Assembly (NCBI GenBank): GCA_963844655.1
Contig: CAWJPA010000006.1
Coordinates: 667,633 to 731,632, forward strand
Length of the DNA stretch: 64,000 nt
Direction: 5' to 3'
Origin: an uncultured Actinomycetota bacterium
Lineage (GTDB): Bacteria; Actinomycetota; Actinomycetes; Streptosporangiales; Streptosporangiaceae
Below are positions 18,097 to 29,293 of this stretch, one piece after another. The notes beneath the pieces were generated by a model, which was given only the letters and a program-made list of their open reading frames with translations, was not told the DNA's origin and searched no databases. Numbering within the stretch: the stretch's first letter is position 1; every line of letters starts with the position of its first letter. Made by a program: the position numbers and the translations under genes.

Positions 18097-18158
18097 GGCA
18101 TTACGCATCTTGACGGCGCCAGTCAGCGCTGGAAGCGTAATGCCTATCAATCGATTGA
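18097..18158. promoter_or_regulatory. nested palindromes upstream of the TetR gene: 10-bp inverted repeat plus 12-bp perfect palindrome
   Basis: GGCATTACGC (18097-18106) and GCGTAATGCC (18135-18144) flank a TTGACG hexamer (18109-18114). TCAATCGATTGA (18147-18158) is a perfect palindrome ending 4 nt before the 18163 start. Confidence 0.5.
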
Positions 18159-18162
18159 TTGG

Positions 18163-18831
18163 GTGGGTCGTGGCGTGTCTAACCTGGGTGAGATCCGGCG
18201 GGCGGCGGTGAGCCTGTTCGCCGAGCGCGGCTTCGCGGCCACCGGCATCCGCGACGTGGGCCGGGCCGCCGGGCTCAACTCGGCCACGCTGTATCACTAC
18301 GCCAGCGGCAAGGAGGAGCTGCTGGCCGGCATCATGCGGGCCGGGCTCGAGGAGCTGCTGCGGACCGGCCGGGAGGCCGTCGCCTACGGCGCGGACCCGG
18401 CCGTGCAGCTGGCCCGGCTGGTGGCCGCCCACGTGGCCAACGAGGCGGTGAACCCGCTGACGTCCCGGGTGACCGACACCGAGGTCCGGGCCCTGACCGG
18501 CGCCAACCGGTCCGAGATCATCGCGCTGCGCGACGACTACGAGGCCCTGGTGGCCGACGTGCTGGGGCGGGGCGCCGCCACGGGGGAGTTCCGCATCACC
18601 GACCTGCGGGTGGCCCGGCTCGCGCTGGTCGAGATGTGCAACGGGGTCGCGCTCTGGTACCGCCCAGACGGCCGGCTGTCCGTGGCGGAGCTGCAGGACC
18701 GCTTCGTCGAGCTGGCCTGCCGGCTGGCCGGCGCGCGCATCGTGCGCCGGGAGGAGTACGGGCCCGGGATCACCCCGCTGCGACTCGACTCCGAACCCCC
18801 GCACCCCGAGCCCGCGCACCCCGGGAGCTGA
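18163..18831 (+). CDS. TetR family transcriptional regulator
   Basis: HTH IRRAAVSLFAERGFAATGIRDVGRAAGLNSATLYHYASGKEEL. The start may instead be GTG 18175. Confidence 0.85.
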   Translation: MGRGVSNLGEIRRAAVSLFAERGFAATGIRDVGRAAGLNSATLYHYASGKEELLAGIMRAGLEELLRTGREAVAYGADPAVQLARLVAAHVANEAVNPLTSRVTDTEVRALTGANRSEIIALRDDYEALVADVLGRGAATGEFRITDLRVARLALVEMCNGVALWYRPDGRLSVAELQDRFVELACRLAGARIVRREEYGPGITPLRLDSEPPHPEPAHPGS

Positions 18832-18838
18832 CTGACCT

Positions 18839-20428
18839 ATGACGGCCGACCTTGTCCTGGACCGGGCCACCGCCGGGGCCGAGCCCCGCTGGGGGACCAT
18901 CAACGAGCTGCTCGCCGACGCCGCCGCCCGGTACCCGGACCGGGAGTTCCTCCGCTGCAGCGACGCGTCGCTGACCTTCGCCGAGGTGGCGGACGTCACC
19001 AGCCGCCTGGCCCGGGTGCTGGCCGCCCGCGGCGTCGCCGCGGGGGACCGGGTGGCGGTCATGATGGACAACGTGTCCGGCTGGCCGCTGAGCTGGTTCG
19101 CGATCCTCAAGGCCGGGGCGGTCGCGGTGCCGGTCAACGCGCGGTTCCGCCGGTCCGATCTCGAGTTCGTGCTGCGTGACTCCGGCGCAGCGCTGGTGCT
19201 CGCGTCGGAGGCGCACGCCGGCCTGGTGCGGGGCGTCGCCAGCGGCATCGGCACGGTCCGTGAGGTGCGCACGCTCGAGGAGCTGGCACCCGAGCTGGCC
19301 GCCGTGCCCGCGGGCGGCCCGGACGCCGCGCCGGGCCCGGAGGACATCACGAACTTCCAGTACACGTCGGGCACCACCGGGTTCCCCAAGGCGTGCCTGC
19401 TCCCGCACGACTACTGGCTCAGGACCGCGTGGCTGACCGCGATCGACGCGGAGCTGCGCAGCGACGACGTGGTGCTGATGGCCCAGGCGTTCTCCTACAT
19501 GGACCCGCAGTGGTGCGCGGTCATGTGCCTCATCGGCGGCCTGCCGCTGGTCGTGCTGCCGCGGTTCTCCGCGTCCGGGTTCTGGCCCGCCGTCCGCGAG
19601 CACGGCGCGACCCTCACCTACGTGCTCGGCACCATGCCGCTGCTGATGCTCAAGCAGCCGCCGCACCCGCTCGACCGCCAGAGCCGGATGCGCCTGGTGC
19701 TGTGCTCAGGCGTCACCCCGGGTCTGCACACGGCGATCGAGGAACGCTGGGGCGCGCCCTGGCGGGAGATCTACGGGTCGACCGAGAGCGGGCTGGACCT
19801 GAGCGTGCCGCTCAGCGCCGCGGAAACGGTCGGCACCGGGGCGATGGGGCACCCGCCGCCCGGCAAGGAGGCCCGGGTGGCCGACGAGCACGGGACCACC
19901 GTGCCCGACGGCTCCGTCGGCGAGATTGTCATCCGGGGCAAGCCGATGATGCGGGGCTACTGGAATCAGCCCGAGGCCACGGCGCACGTGTTCCGCGGTG
20001 GCTGGTTCCACACCGGGGATCTCGGGTTCAGGGACGCCGGCGGCTGGATCCACCACGCCGGGCGGCTCAAGGACATGATCCGCCGAGGCGGGGCGAACAT
20101 CTCGTCGGCCGAGGTGGAGAGCGTGCTGGCGCAGCATCCGGCGGTGACCGCGGCGGCGCTGGTGCCCATCCCCGACGAGCTGTTCGGCGAGCTGCCCAAG
20201 GCGTTCGTCCAGCTAAGCCCGGGCCAGGCCGCGGACGCGGGCACCGCCCGCAGCATCCTGGATCACGCGCGCGGCCAGCTCGCCGACTTCAAGGTTCCGG
20301 CCTACCTCGAGTTCGTGGACAGCTTCCCCATGACGCCGTCGGCGCGGATCCGCAAGCAAGAGCTCCTCACCCCCGAACGCGACCAGCGCACCGGCGCCTT
20401 CGACGCCGCGGCGGACTCCTGGACCTGA
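18839..20428 (+). CDS. AMP-dependent acyl-CoA synthetase/ligase
   Basis: AMP-binding motif FQYTSGTTGFPKA, and later GWFHTGDLG and RLKDMIRRGGANI. Confidence 0.9.
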   Translation: MTADLVLDRATAGAEPRWGTINELLADAAARYPDREFLRCSDASLTFAEVADVTSRLARVLAARGVAAGDRVAVMMDNVSGWPLSWFAILKAGAVAVPVNARFRRSDLEFVLRDSGAALVLASEAHAGLVRGVASGIGTVREVRTLEELAPELAAVPAGGPDAAPGPEDITNFQYTSGTTGFPKACLLPHDYWLRTAWLTAIDAELRSDDVVLMAQAFSYMDPQWCAVMCLIGGLPLVVLPRFSASGFWPAVREHGATLTYVLGTMPLLMLKQPPHPLDRQSRMRLVLCSGVTPGLHTAIEERWGAPWREIYGSTESGLDLSVPLSAAETVGTGAMGHPPPGKEARVADEHGTTVPDGSVGEIVIRGKPMMRGYWNQPEATAHVFRGGWFHTGDLGFRDAGGWIHHAGRLKDMIRRGGANISSAEVESVLAQHPAVTAAALVPIPDELFGELPKAFVQLSPGQAADAGTARSILDHARGQLADFKVPAYLEFVDSFPMTPSARIRKQELLTPERDQRTGAFDAAADSWT

Positions 20429-20437
20429 AAGGCAGCC

Positions 20438-21208
20438 ATGACCGAGCAGAGCAGCCCGTCAGCCCACATCGACGTGACCGTGCAGGACGAGGTCGCGGTC
20501 ATCACCCTGCGCCGCCCGGAGGTGCTCAACGCGCTCAGCGCCGAGATGCGCAGCAACCTCGCGGCCGCCCTGCGCCGGTACGGGGACGGCGGCTCGGTCC
20601 GGGGGATCGTGCTGACCGGGACCGGCCGGGCGTTCTCAGCGGGGGAGGACCTCAGGGAGGCGGCCCGCCAGCCCGCGGGCGGGCTCATCGCCGCGATCGA
20701 GCTGTTCCACGACATCACCCGGGCCGTGCTGCAGACCCGGGTCCCCGTCGTCGCCGCCCTGAACGGGATCGCGGTCGGCGGCGCGTGCGAGATAACGCTC
20801 TGCTGCGACGCGCGCATCGGCACGCCGGCCGCGGAGTGCTACTTTCCCGAGAACACGCTGGGCCTGCCGATCTCGAACGCGTCGAGCTACCTGCTGCCCC
20901 GGCTGGTGGGCCGGCAGGCCACGCGGCTGATCCTGGAGTCGGTGCGGGTCAGCGCACCCGAGGCGCTGTCGCTCGGGCTGCTGGACGAGATCGTCGAGCC
21001 GGAGGCGCTGATCGGCGCCGCGATCGCGCTCGTCCACCGCTGGAACCAGCCGAACTCGGCCACGGCCGTCCACCTCGGCCTGCTGCGCCCGCCGCTACCC
21101 GAGATCGAGAAGGCGTTCGCGGCCGAGACCGAGGCCGCCAGGTACGTCGACCAGAGCGGGATGGCCCGGGCCGGGGTCAGCCGGTTCCTGGCCGGGCGCT
21201 CCGGCTAG
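20438..21208 (+). CDS. enoyl-CoA hydratase/isomerase family protein
   Basis: Crotonase fold signature VLTGTGRAFSAGEDL...AALNGIAVGGACEI. Confidence 0.9.
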   Translation: MTEQSSPSAHIDVTVQDEVAVITLRRPEVLNALSAEMRSNLAAALRRYGDGGSVRGIVLTGTGRAFSAGEDLREAARQPAGGLIAAIELFHDITRAVLQTRVPVVAALNGIAVGGACEITLCCDARIGTPAAECYFPENTLGLPISNASSYLLPRLVGRQATRLILESVRVSAPEALSLGLLDEIVEPEALIGAAIALVHRWNQPNSATAVHLGLLRPPLPEIEKAFAAETEAARYVDQSGMARAGVSRFLAGRSG

Positions 21209-21254
21209 CCCAGCGGGACGCTTAAGCGCCGTTCACACCATGGGCGAGCGCGGG

Positions 21255-22805
21255 TCAGAGTGCGACTTCGATGAGGGCAGGACCCTGGAGGGCGAGGCCG
21301 GCGTCGATGTGCCGGGAGAGCTCGTCGGCGGTGGTGGCGCGGAACCCCTCGATGCCGAACGTCCGGGCCAGCGATACCCAGTCGATGTCCGGGCGGCCGA
21401 GGTCAGTCAGGGCCTCGGCCTTGGGACCGCCGTCGGCCACGCCCACGTTGCGCATCTCGCTGCGCAGGATCTGGTAGGTACGGTTGGCGAACACCAGCGT
21501 GAGGATGTCGAGCTGCTCGCGGGCGTGGGTCCACAGGGCCTGCGGCATGTACATGCCGCTGCCGTCGCTCTCCAGCGCGACGACCTTGCGGTCCGGGCAG
21601 GCGACGGCCGCGCCGGCGGCACAGGGGAGCGCGTACCCGATGGAGCCGCCGGTCCCCAGGAGCCAGTCGTGCGGACGGGAGCCCTCGGTGTCGGCGAGGA
21701 ACGTGCGCCCGGTCGTGATCGACTCGTCGACCACGATCGCGTTCTCCGGCAGTGCCGCCGCAAGGACCGCGCCGATCTTCTCCCGGGTCAGTGTCCCAGT
21801 GGGACGCCCGGGCAGGCTCAGCTCGGCGCGCTTCGGGGTCGCGCTGCCCGCATCGAGCGCGTCGCACAGCGCCGCCAGCGCACCGGGGACGTCCTGGTCG
21901 GCCCGGGCCAGCTCGTGGATGCGGGTTCCTGGCCGGGACAGCTGGCTGGGCTTGTCCGGGTAGGCGAAGAACGCGACCGGCGGCTTCGCGCCGACCAGGA
22001 TGATGTTCTGCACATCGTCGAACGCCGCGACCGCCGGGCCGATCGGGTACGGGACCCGCTGCACAGGGACGCGCCCAGCGCCGCGGGTGATGCGTGCGGT
22101 GTGCGTGGGCGCGTACAGGCGGGCTCCCGTGACGTCGGCGATCTGCCCGGCCTGCTCGAGGGGCCGTTCCCTGGTCGCTCGCGCTCCGAGGATCAGGGCC
22201 GTCGTCTCGCCGGACCGCAGAATGCTCGCGGCCGCGTCGACCGCCGCGCCGGAGACCTGCGGGGCTTGAGGCACGATCGCCTCGGCCGCGACGGGCTCCG
22301 CGGTAAGCGGGCCCCAGGAGGCGTCGGCCGGCAGGATCAGGGTGGCGATTCGCCCCGGCGCGGTACGGGCGGCCGCGACAGCGGCGGCGGCGTCCGTGGC
22401 GAGGGAGTCCGCGTTCGGCGAGGTCCGCACCCAGTGGCTGAACGGGCGTGCGGTTGCCTCAATGTCCGAGGTGAGCGGGGCGTCGTACAGGCGGTGATAG
22501 GTGGCGTGATCTCCGATGATGTTGACCACGGGGGAGTGCCCGCGCATCGCGTTGTGCAGGTTGGACAGGCCGTTGGCCAGGCCCGGTCCCAGGTGCAGCA
22601 GGGTGGAGGCCGGGCGGTCGGCCATGCGGGCGTAGCCGTCCGCGGCCCCGGTCAGGACGCCCTCGAACAGGCCAAGCACGCAGCGCATGCCCTCGGTACG
22701 GTCCAGCGCGGCGACGAAGTGCAGCTCAGAGGTCCCCGGATTCGCGAAGCACACGTCGATCCCGTTCCTGGTCAACGTGGCCAGCAGGCTCTCTGCGCCA
22801 TTCAC
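21255..22805 (-). CDS. thiamine diphosphate-dependent enzyme (acetolactate synthase large subunit / benzoylformate decarboxylase-like)
   Basis: N-terminal GIDVCFANPGTSELHF and GAADGYARM; C-terminal ThDP-binding motif ESDGSGMYMPQALWT...VFANRTY. GTG 22805 overlaps the MFS stop (GTGA). Confidence 0.85.
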   Translation of the reverse strand: MNGAESLLATLTRNGIDVCFANPGTSELHFVAALDRTEGMRCVLGLFEGVLTGAADGYARMADRPASTLLHLGPGLANGLSNLHNAMRGHSPVVNIIGDHATYHRLYDAPLTSDIEATARPFSHWVRTSPNADSLATDAAAAVAAARTAPGRIATLILPADASWGPLTAEPVAAEAIVPQAPQVSGAAVDAAASILRSGETTALILGARATRERPLEQAGQIADVTGARLYAPTHTARITRGAGRVPVQRVPYPIGPAVAAFDDVQNIILVGAKPPVAFFAYPDKPSQLSRPGTRIHELARADQDVPGALAALCDALDAGSATPKRAELSLPGRPTGTLTREKIGAVLAAALPENAIVVDESITTGRTFLADTEGSRPHDWLLGTGGSIGYALPCAAGAAVACPDRKVVALESDGSGMYMPQALWTHAREQLDILTLVFANRTYQILRSEMRNVGVADGGPKAEALTDLGRPDIDWVSLARTFGIEGFRATTADELSRHIDAGLALQGPALIEVAL

Positions 22806-24136
22806 AGAAGACTCTCCGCTCTCCGGGTGCCGTCGCTGTTGTTGTGCCCGAGGTTATGACCCGCATTGTCTCCCAGGATCTCCGCGTCGGTCACGGTGCT
22901 GCTGGGCAGGTCCCGGTGCGACCGGATGGGGGGAGTGAGCAGGATCGTGCCGGACAGGGCAAAGCTGGCCAGGATGATCCACAGCGCGGTGCGGGTGCCG
23001 AGCGCGGTGGCCAGGCTCCCGGCGGCCAGGGCGCCGGGCGGGATGGTGCCGAAGACGACGAGGCGCATGGTGGCGGTGATGCGCCCGAGCAGCGCTGCGG
23101 GGGAGTAGGCCTGGCGAAAGCTCCCGGCGATGATGTTCCCGGCCGCGATACCGCCGGAGGCGACGGCCGAGCCGGCCACGTAGCAGGCCGCCCGGGGCCC
23201 CGCCGCGGTCAGTGGGATGAGGAGGCTGAACAGCCCGGCGCTCAGCGCGCTCAGCAGCAGGGTCCTGGCGGTGCCCAGCCGCCCGGCCAGCCGCCGGGTG
23301 GTCACGGCGGCCAGGACCCCGCCGGCGCTGCCGGTACCCAGCAGCAGGCCGGTGGCGACGGGGTCGAACCCGGCCACGCGGACCAGGAAAACCACGAGCA
23401 GCGCGGCGCTGCCTGAGTAGGCGAAGTTGCCCGCCGCCGCGTAGAGGGTGAGCGGGCGCAGGTAGGGGTCGCGGGCGATGAAGCGCAAGCCCTGGGCGAT
23501 CTCGGCCCGCAGCGTGGTGGCGCGCTCAGCTGAGCAACGGGACGGCGGGACGGCGTGGATGCGCAGCAGGCAGGCGGCCGACACGAGGAAGCTGGCCGCG
23601 TTGAACAGCAGCGCGGTGGCCGCGCCGACAGCCTCCGCGGCCAGGCCGGCGGCGCCGCGGCCGCCGATGGCGGCCACCGACGCGCTGCCCTGCAGCTTGG
23701 CGTTGCCTTCCACCAGGTCTCCGGCGCTGACCAGGGAGGGCAGCAGAACCTGGTAGGCGGTGGCGAACATGACGTTGGCTGTTCCGGCCAGGAGCGCGAC
23801 CGCGAGCAGCGCGCCGGTACTGAGCATCCCGGCCCAGGCGGCGGCGGGCAGGCTCGCGTAGAGCAGTGCGGAGATCACGTCGCAGATGATCATCAGCGGG
23901 CGGGCGGGCAGCCGGTCCACCCAGGCCCCGGCGGGCAGGCCGACCACGAGCCAGGGGAGATAGGCGGCAGCGGTCAGGGCGGCCACCGCGAGCGGGCTGG
24001 CGTGCAGCGCCGTGACGGCCAGCAGCGGAACCCCGGCCGCGGCCATGGCGGTGCCCGCTCCGCTGACCGTCTCGCCGATCCACAGCAGCCGGAAGTCCCG
24101 GTGCCAGAGCAGCCCACCCCGCGGGCGCTCGCTCAC
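22802..24136 (-). CDS. MFS transporter (EntS/MFS_3-like)
   Basis: Twelve hydrophobic segments, with N-terminus LWHRDFRLLWIGETVSG typical of this family. I place the start at GTG 24136, which overlaps the stop of the upstream small ORF (GTGA). The track ORF extends to 24253. Confidence 0.8.
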   Translation of the reverse strand: MSERPRGGLLWHRDFRLLWIGETVSGAGTAMAAAGVPLLAVTALHASPLAVAALTAAAYLPWLVVGLPAGAWVDRLPARPLMIICDVISALLYASLPAAAWAGMLSTGALLAVALLAGTANVMFATAYQVLLPSLVSAGDLVEGNAKLQGSASVAAIGGRGAAGLAAEAVGAATALLFNAASFLVSAACLLRIHAVPPSRCSAERATTLRAEIAQGLRFIARDPYLRPLTLYAAAGNFAYSGSAALLVVFLVRVAGFDPVATGLLLGTGSAGGVLAAVTTRRLAGRLGTARTLLLSALSAGLFSLLIPLTAAGPRAACYVAGSAVASGGIAAGNIIAGSFRQAYSPAALLGRITATMRLVVFGTIPPGALAAGSLATALGTRTALWIILASFALSGTILLTPPIRSHRDLPSSTVTDAEILGDNAGHNLGHNNSDGTRRAESLL

Positions 24137-24372
24137 CGGCCCGGGTCGGCCCGGCGGCGCTGGACGCCGTCCCCTTCGGCCCCGGCCCGCCTGGTCTGCC
24201 CGGTTCCGCCTGCCGGGCCCGCGGAGAGCATCTCCTCGGCCACGGCCGACCACAGCGCCTCGCGGGCCGCCGCAAGTACGCCGGGACCCGGCGGCTCGAC
24301 CTGCCCGAGCGCGCGCAGCAGGCCCGTGTCGTCTGGTCCGGTGTCGTCTGGTCCAGCGATGCTCTCGGTCAC
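24133..24372 (-). CDS. small protein downstream of the ECF sigma gene (anti-sigma-like N-terminus, no TM segment)
   Basis: 79-aa ORF with a GTG start 9 nt after the sigma stop, preceded by GGGGA, and high third-position GC. LLRALGQVEPPGPGVLAAAREALWSAV resembles the N-termini of proteins that commonly follow actinobacterial ECF sigma genes. The C-terminal 30 aa are low complexity. Confidence 0.45.
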   Translation of the reverse strand: MTESIAGPDDTGPDDTGLLRALGQVEPPGPGVLAAAREALWSAVAEEMLSAGPAGGTGQTRRAGAEGDGVQRRRADPGR

Positions 24373-24381
24373 GTCATCCCC

Positions 24382-24915
24382 TCAGCTCTCCCGGCTGCCG
24401 GACAGCACCGGGCGCAGCGCGGCGCGGGCGCGGTGCAGGCGGCTGCGCGCCGTGCCCTGCGGGACGCCGAGCACCACCGCGGCCTCGGCTGGAGTCAGCT
24501 GCTCCCACGCCACCAGCAGCAGCACGTCGCGTTCCGGCGCCGGGAGGGCCCGCAGCGCGGACATCAGCACCCGGCCCCGCGCCGCCGAGTCCAGGCGGTC
24601 TACGACGTCCTCCCACGGGTCCACGGCTTCCTCGGCCGCCGAGGCCGGGTCCGGCCTGGTCCGCCAGTGAGCCCGCAGCACGTTCCTGGCGATCCCGTAC
24701 AGCCACGGCCGGGCGTTGGCGTGCCCGGGGTCGTAACAGCCCCGCCCCGCGAACGCCCGGACCCACACCTCGCCCAGCAGGTCATCGGCGGCCTGCCGGC
24801 CCGCACGGCGGGCCAGGAACCCGTGGACCGCGACCTCGTGACGCTGGACAACCTCGACGAACGCGTCGGGGCGGCCGCGCACGGACCGCTCGATCAGCAT
24901 GCCGTCGGTGTCCAC
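24382..24915 (-). CDS. ECF-type RNA polymerase sigma-70 family factor
   Basis: Region 2 (FVEVVQRHEVAVHGFLARR...DLLGEVWVRAF, PWLYGIARNVL) and region 4 (LPAPERDVLLLVAWEQLTPAEAAVVLGVPQGTARSRLHRAR). Confidence 0.85.
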   Translation of the reverse strand: MDTDGMLIERSVRGRPDAFVEVVQRHEVAVHGFLARRAGRQAADDLLGEVWVRAFAGRGCYDPGHANARPWLYGIARNVLRAHWRTRPDPASAAEEAVDPWEDVVDRLDSAARGRVLMSALRALPAPERDVLLLVAWEQLTPAEAAVVLGVPQGTARSRLHRARAALRPVLSGSRES

Positions 24916-25039
24916 GCCGCTCCTTCTGGTTGCCCTCTAACCTGTTATTGCCGACTACCCGCGCCGGCGTTCGCCAGAGCTCATTCCGGGCCCGGGCCGG
25001 CTCCCCGGGCGCCATCTCAAACTGGGACGATTCATCTTC

Positions 25040-25069
25040 TTGAACCGTTTGTGTTTACGGCGATAGGGT
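25040..25069 (+). promoter_or_regulatory. candidate furA promoter TTGAAC-18-TAGGGT, 6 nt before ATG (leaderless)
   Basis: TTGAAC at 25040-25045 and TAGGGT at 25064-25069, with ATG at 25076. No SD is possible in the 6-nt gap. Confidence 0.45.
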
Positions 25070-25075
25070 CGCGTC

Positions 25076-25513
25076 ATGACCGCATCCCAGTCTCCGACCA
25101 TCGCCGAGGAGCTGCGCGGTGCCGGCCTGCGGGTGACGGCCGCTCGCGTCGCACTGCTCGCGACCGTCCGGGACGGTGACCACCTCGACGTCGAGGAGAT
25201 CACCTCCGGGGTGCGCGACCGCGTAGGCCATGTCTCCCTGCAAGCCGTGTATGACGCCCTCCACGCCCTCACCGCGGCCGGACTCGTGCGCCGCATCGAG
25301 CCGGACGGCCACCCCGCCCGGTTTGAGGGACGCGTCAGCGACAATCACCACCACGTCGTGTGCCGGTCGTGCGGCGCCGTCGCCGACGTGGACTGCGCCA
25401 CCGGCGAGGCGCCCTGCCTGACCGCTTCCGACGACCATGGCTTCTCGATCGACGAGGCCCAGGTCATCTACTGGGGCCTGTGCCCCGCCTGTTCCACTGT
25501 CCGCAGCTCCTGA
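25076..25513 (+). CDS. furA: Fur family transcriptional regulator (FurA/CatR type)
   Basis: LRVTAARVALL, HHHVVCRSCG and CPAC metal-site motifs, immediately upstream of katG as in other actinobacteria. Confidence 0.9.
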   Translation: MTASQSPTIAEELRGAGLRVTAARVALLATVRDGDHLDVEEITSGVRDRVGHVSLQAVYDALHALTAAGLVRRIEPDGHPARFEGRVSDNHHHVVCRSCGAVADVDCATGEAPCLTASDDHGFSIDEAQVIYWGLCPACSTVRSS

Positions 25514-27775
<2,262 letters not shown>

Positions 27776-27781
27776 TCATGA

Positions 27782-27814
27782 CGTCCGGGCCGGCCGCGCA
27801 GGCCGGCCCGGACG
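27782..27814. terminator. bidirectional intrinsic-terminator-like hairpin between the convergent katG and NTF2-like genes
   Basis: 14-bp perfect stem CGTCCGGGCCGGCC / GGCCGGCCCGGACG with the 5-nt loop GCGCA. There is no U-tract, as is common in actinomycetes. Confidence 0.6.
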
Positions 27815-27831
27815 CCCTCAGCCCGAAGGAT

Positions 27832-28335
27832 TCAGCGGCCCGCGGTCCCGTCAATGGCCTCAGCGCGGTCCGGCTCAAAGGGGCGTCCCTCGAGGGCGGC
27901 AAAGACGCGGAGCGGATCGAGGTAATCGCGCCACCAGGCGACCTTGCGGTCCTTGATCCCCACCACGGAGATGTACCTGTTGCCGTAGGGGTACCCGGTC
28001 CCGACGACCCTGCCCGCGGAGGAGTATTCGAGCACGGCCGATGAGGTTGCCTCCGAGTAGTGCACGCGCAGGTCGTAGCAGCGGTCGAGGGAGAACGTGG
28101 CGCCGTAGCCCCGGTACAGCTCGATGATGCTGCCGCGGCCGACCACGTGGCGCGGGTAGTCGGGCACGGTGATCACGAAGTCGAACACGACGTCTTCGGC
28201 GAGCAGGTCGAAGAAGTGATCGCCGTCCACGTAGTCGCGCAGGCCTTCCTCGATGATGCGGAAGAACGGATCCAGGGCCCGGAAGTCCTCGATGTCGTTT
28301 ACCACTGAACTCGCTCCCTGATGGTTGATGGCCAA
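27832..28335 (-). CDS. SnoaL/NTF2-like fold protein
   Basis: 167 aa with ordinary composition, unlike the overlapping frames. FDFVITVPDYPRHVVGRGSIIELYRGY...NRYISVVGIKDRKVAWWRDYLDP is typical of SnoaL_2-type proteins. Confidence 0.65.
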   Translation of the reverse strand: MAINHQGASSVVNDIEDFRALDPFFRIIEEGLRDYVDGDHFFDLLAEDVVFDFVITVPDYPRHVVGRGSIIELYRGYGATFSLDRCYDLRVHYSEATSSAVLEYSSAGRVVGTGYPYGNRYISVVGIKDRKVAWWRDYLDPLRVFAALEGRPFEPDRAEAIDGTAGR

Positions 28336-28454
28336 GCGGGTCGCTGGGCCAGCTCGTGACGGCTGTTCCTGCCAGTGTCAGGCCGAGGTCCGACGAAATG
28401 GCGGCTCGGAACGCCCCTCCCGGGCCCTCCTCCGCCCCTCTCGGCGTAACGCCG

Positions 28455-28468
28455 ATAATGTACATTAT
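28455..28468. promoter_or_regulatory. 14-bp perfect AT-rich palindrome ATAATGTACATTAT
   Basis: Read directly. It sits 120 nt upstream of the NTF2-like gene start and 154 nt downstream of the response-regulator stop, and it stands out in a GC-rich background. Confidence 0.4.
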
Positions 28469-28621
28469 GTAAAGTAGTGAGTTTCTGGTGCCGTCCCCTC
28501 GGCAGGGGCAGCCCCGGCCCGGTGTCCAGCTCCGCCCTTGTTCTACCGCGTGCGTTCGCGTTCTGTCCCCTATCCGGCCGCGGAGTCACGGCGGGCGGCC
28601 GCGACCGCGGGAGCCGCGCGG

Positions 28622-29293
28622 TCAGCCGATGCTGTGGCGGTGCGCGTAGCCGATCGCGGCGGCGCGGTCCCGCGACCCGGTCTTGGCGAAGATCCGGCTG
28701 ATGTGGGTCTTGACCGTGTGGTTGCTCAGGAACAGGTGCGCGGCGATCTCCGGGTTGGTCATCCCGTGGGCGATCATGCCCAGGATCTCCGCCTCGCGCT
28801 GGGTCAGGCCGTCGGGGGGCGGCGCGCTCCGGGCGGGCTCGGGCTTCGGGGGGACTTCCGTGGCGGCGAGCACCGTCGCGTGCACGCGGGGGTCGAAGAC
28901 CGTCAGCCCGCCTACCGCCGCGCGCAGCGCCCGGGCGATCTCGGTGTAGTCGGCGTCCTTGGTGAGGTAGCTGCGCGCGCCGGCCCGGAGCGCGTCCAGG
29001 ACCGACCTGTCGTCCGCGTATGTGGTGAGTACGACTATCGCAACCCCGGGGTGCTCGGCGGTCAGCCGGCGGATGGCGCCGATGCCGTCCAGGACGGGCA
29101 TGTGCAGGTCGAGCAGGATCGCGTCGGGGTGGTGCTCGGCCACGAGGTCCAGGGCCTGCTCCCCGTCCGCGGCGGCGCCGACCACCTCGATGTCGGGTAC
29201 CGCGTCGAGCAGCAGGACGAGGCCCTGGCGCACGCTGGCCTGATCATCGGCGATGACGAGGCGCAGCGGCGCCTCCGCCGGTGGGGTGGTCAC
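28622..29293 (-). CDS. NarL/LuxR-family response regulator
   Basis: Receiver domain (LRLVIADDQ...LLDLHMPVLDG) and HTH LTQREAEILGMIAHGMTNPEIAAHLFLSNHTVKTHISRIF. It overlaps the kinase stop by 4 nt. Confidence 0.9.
   Translation of the reverse strand: MTTPPAEAPLRLVIADDQASVRQGLVLLLDAVPDIEVVGAAADGEQALDLVAEHHPDAILLDLHMPVLDGIGAIRRLTAEHPGVAIVVLTTYADDRSVLDALRAGARSYLTKDADYTEIARALRAAVGGLTVFDPRVHATVLAATEVPPKPEPARSAPPPDGLTQREAEILGMIAHGMTNPEIAAHLFLSNHTVKTHISRIFAKTGSRDRAAAIGYAHRHSIG

Noticed and set aside
21240-22859. 539-aa plus-strand ORF opposite the ThDP enzyme gene
   Set aside because: No motif and a skewed composition. The minus frame has both ThDP-enzyme N-terminal and C-terminal binding motifs.
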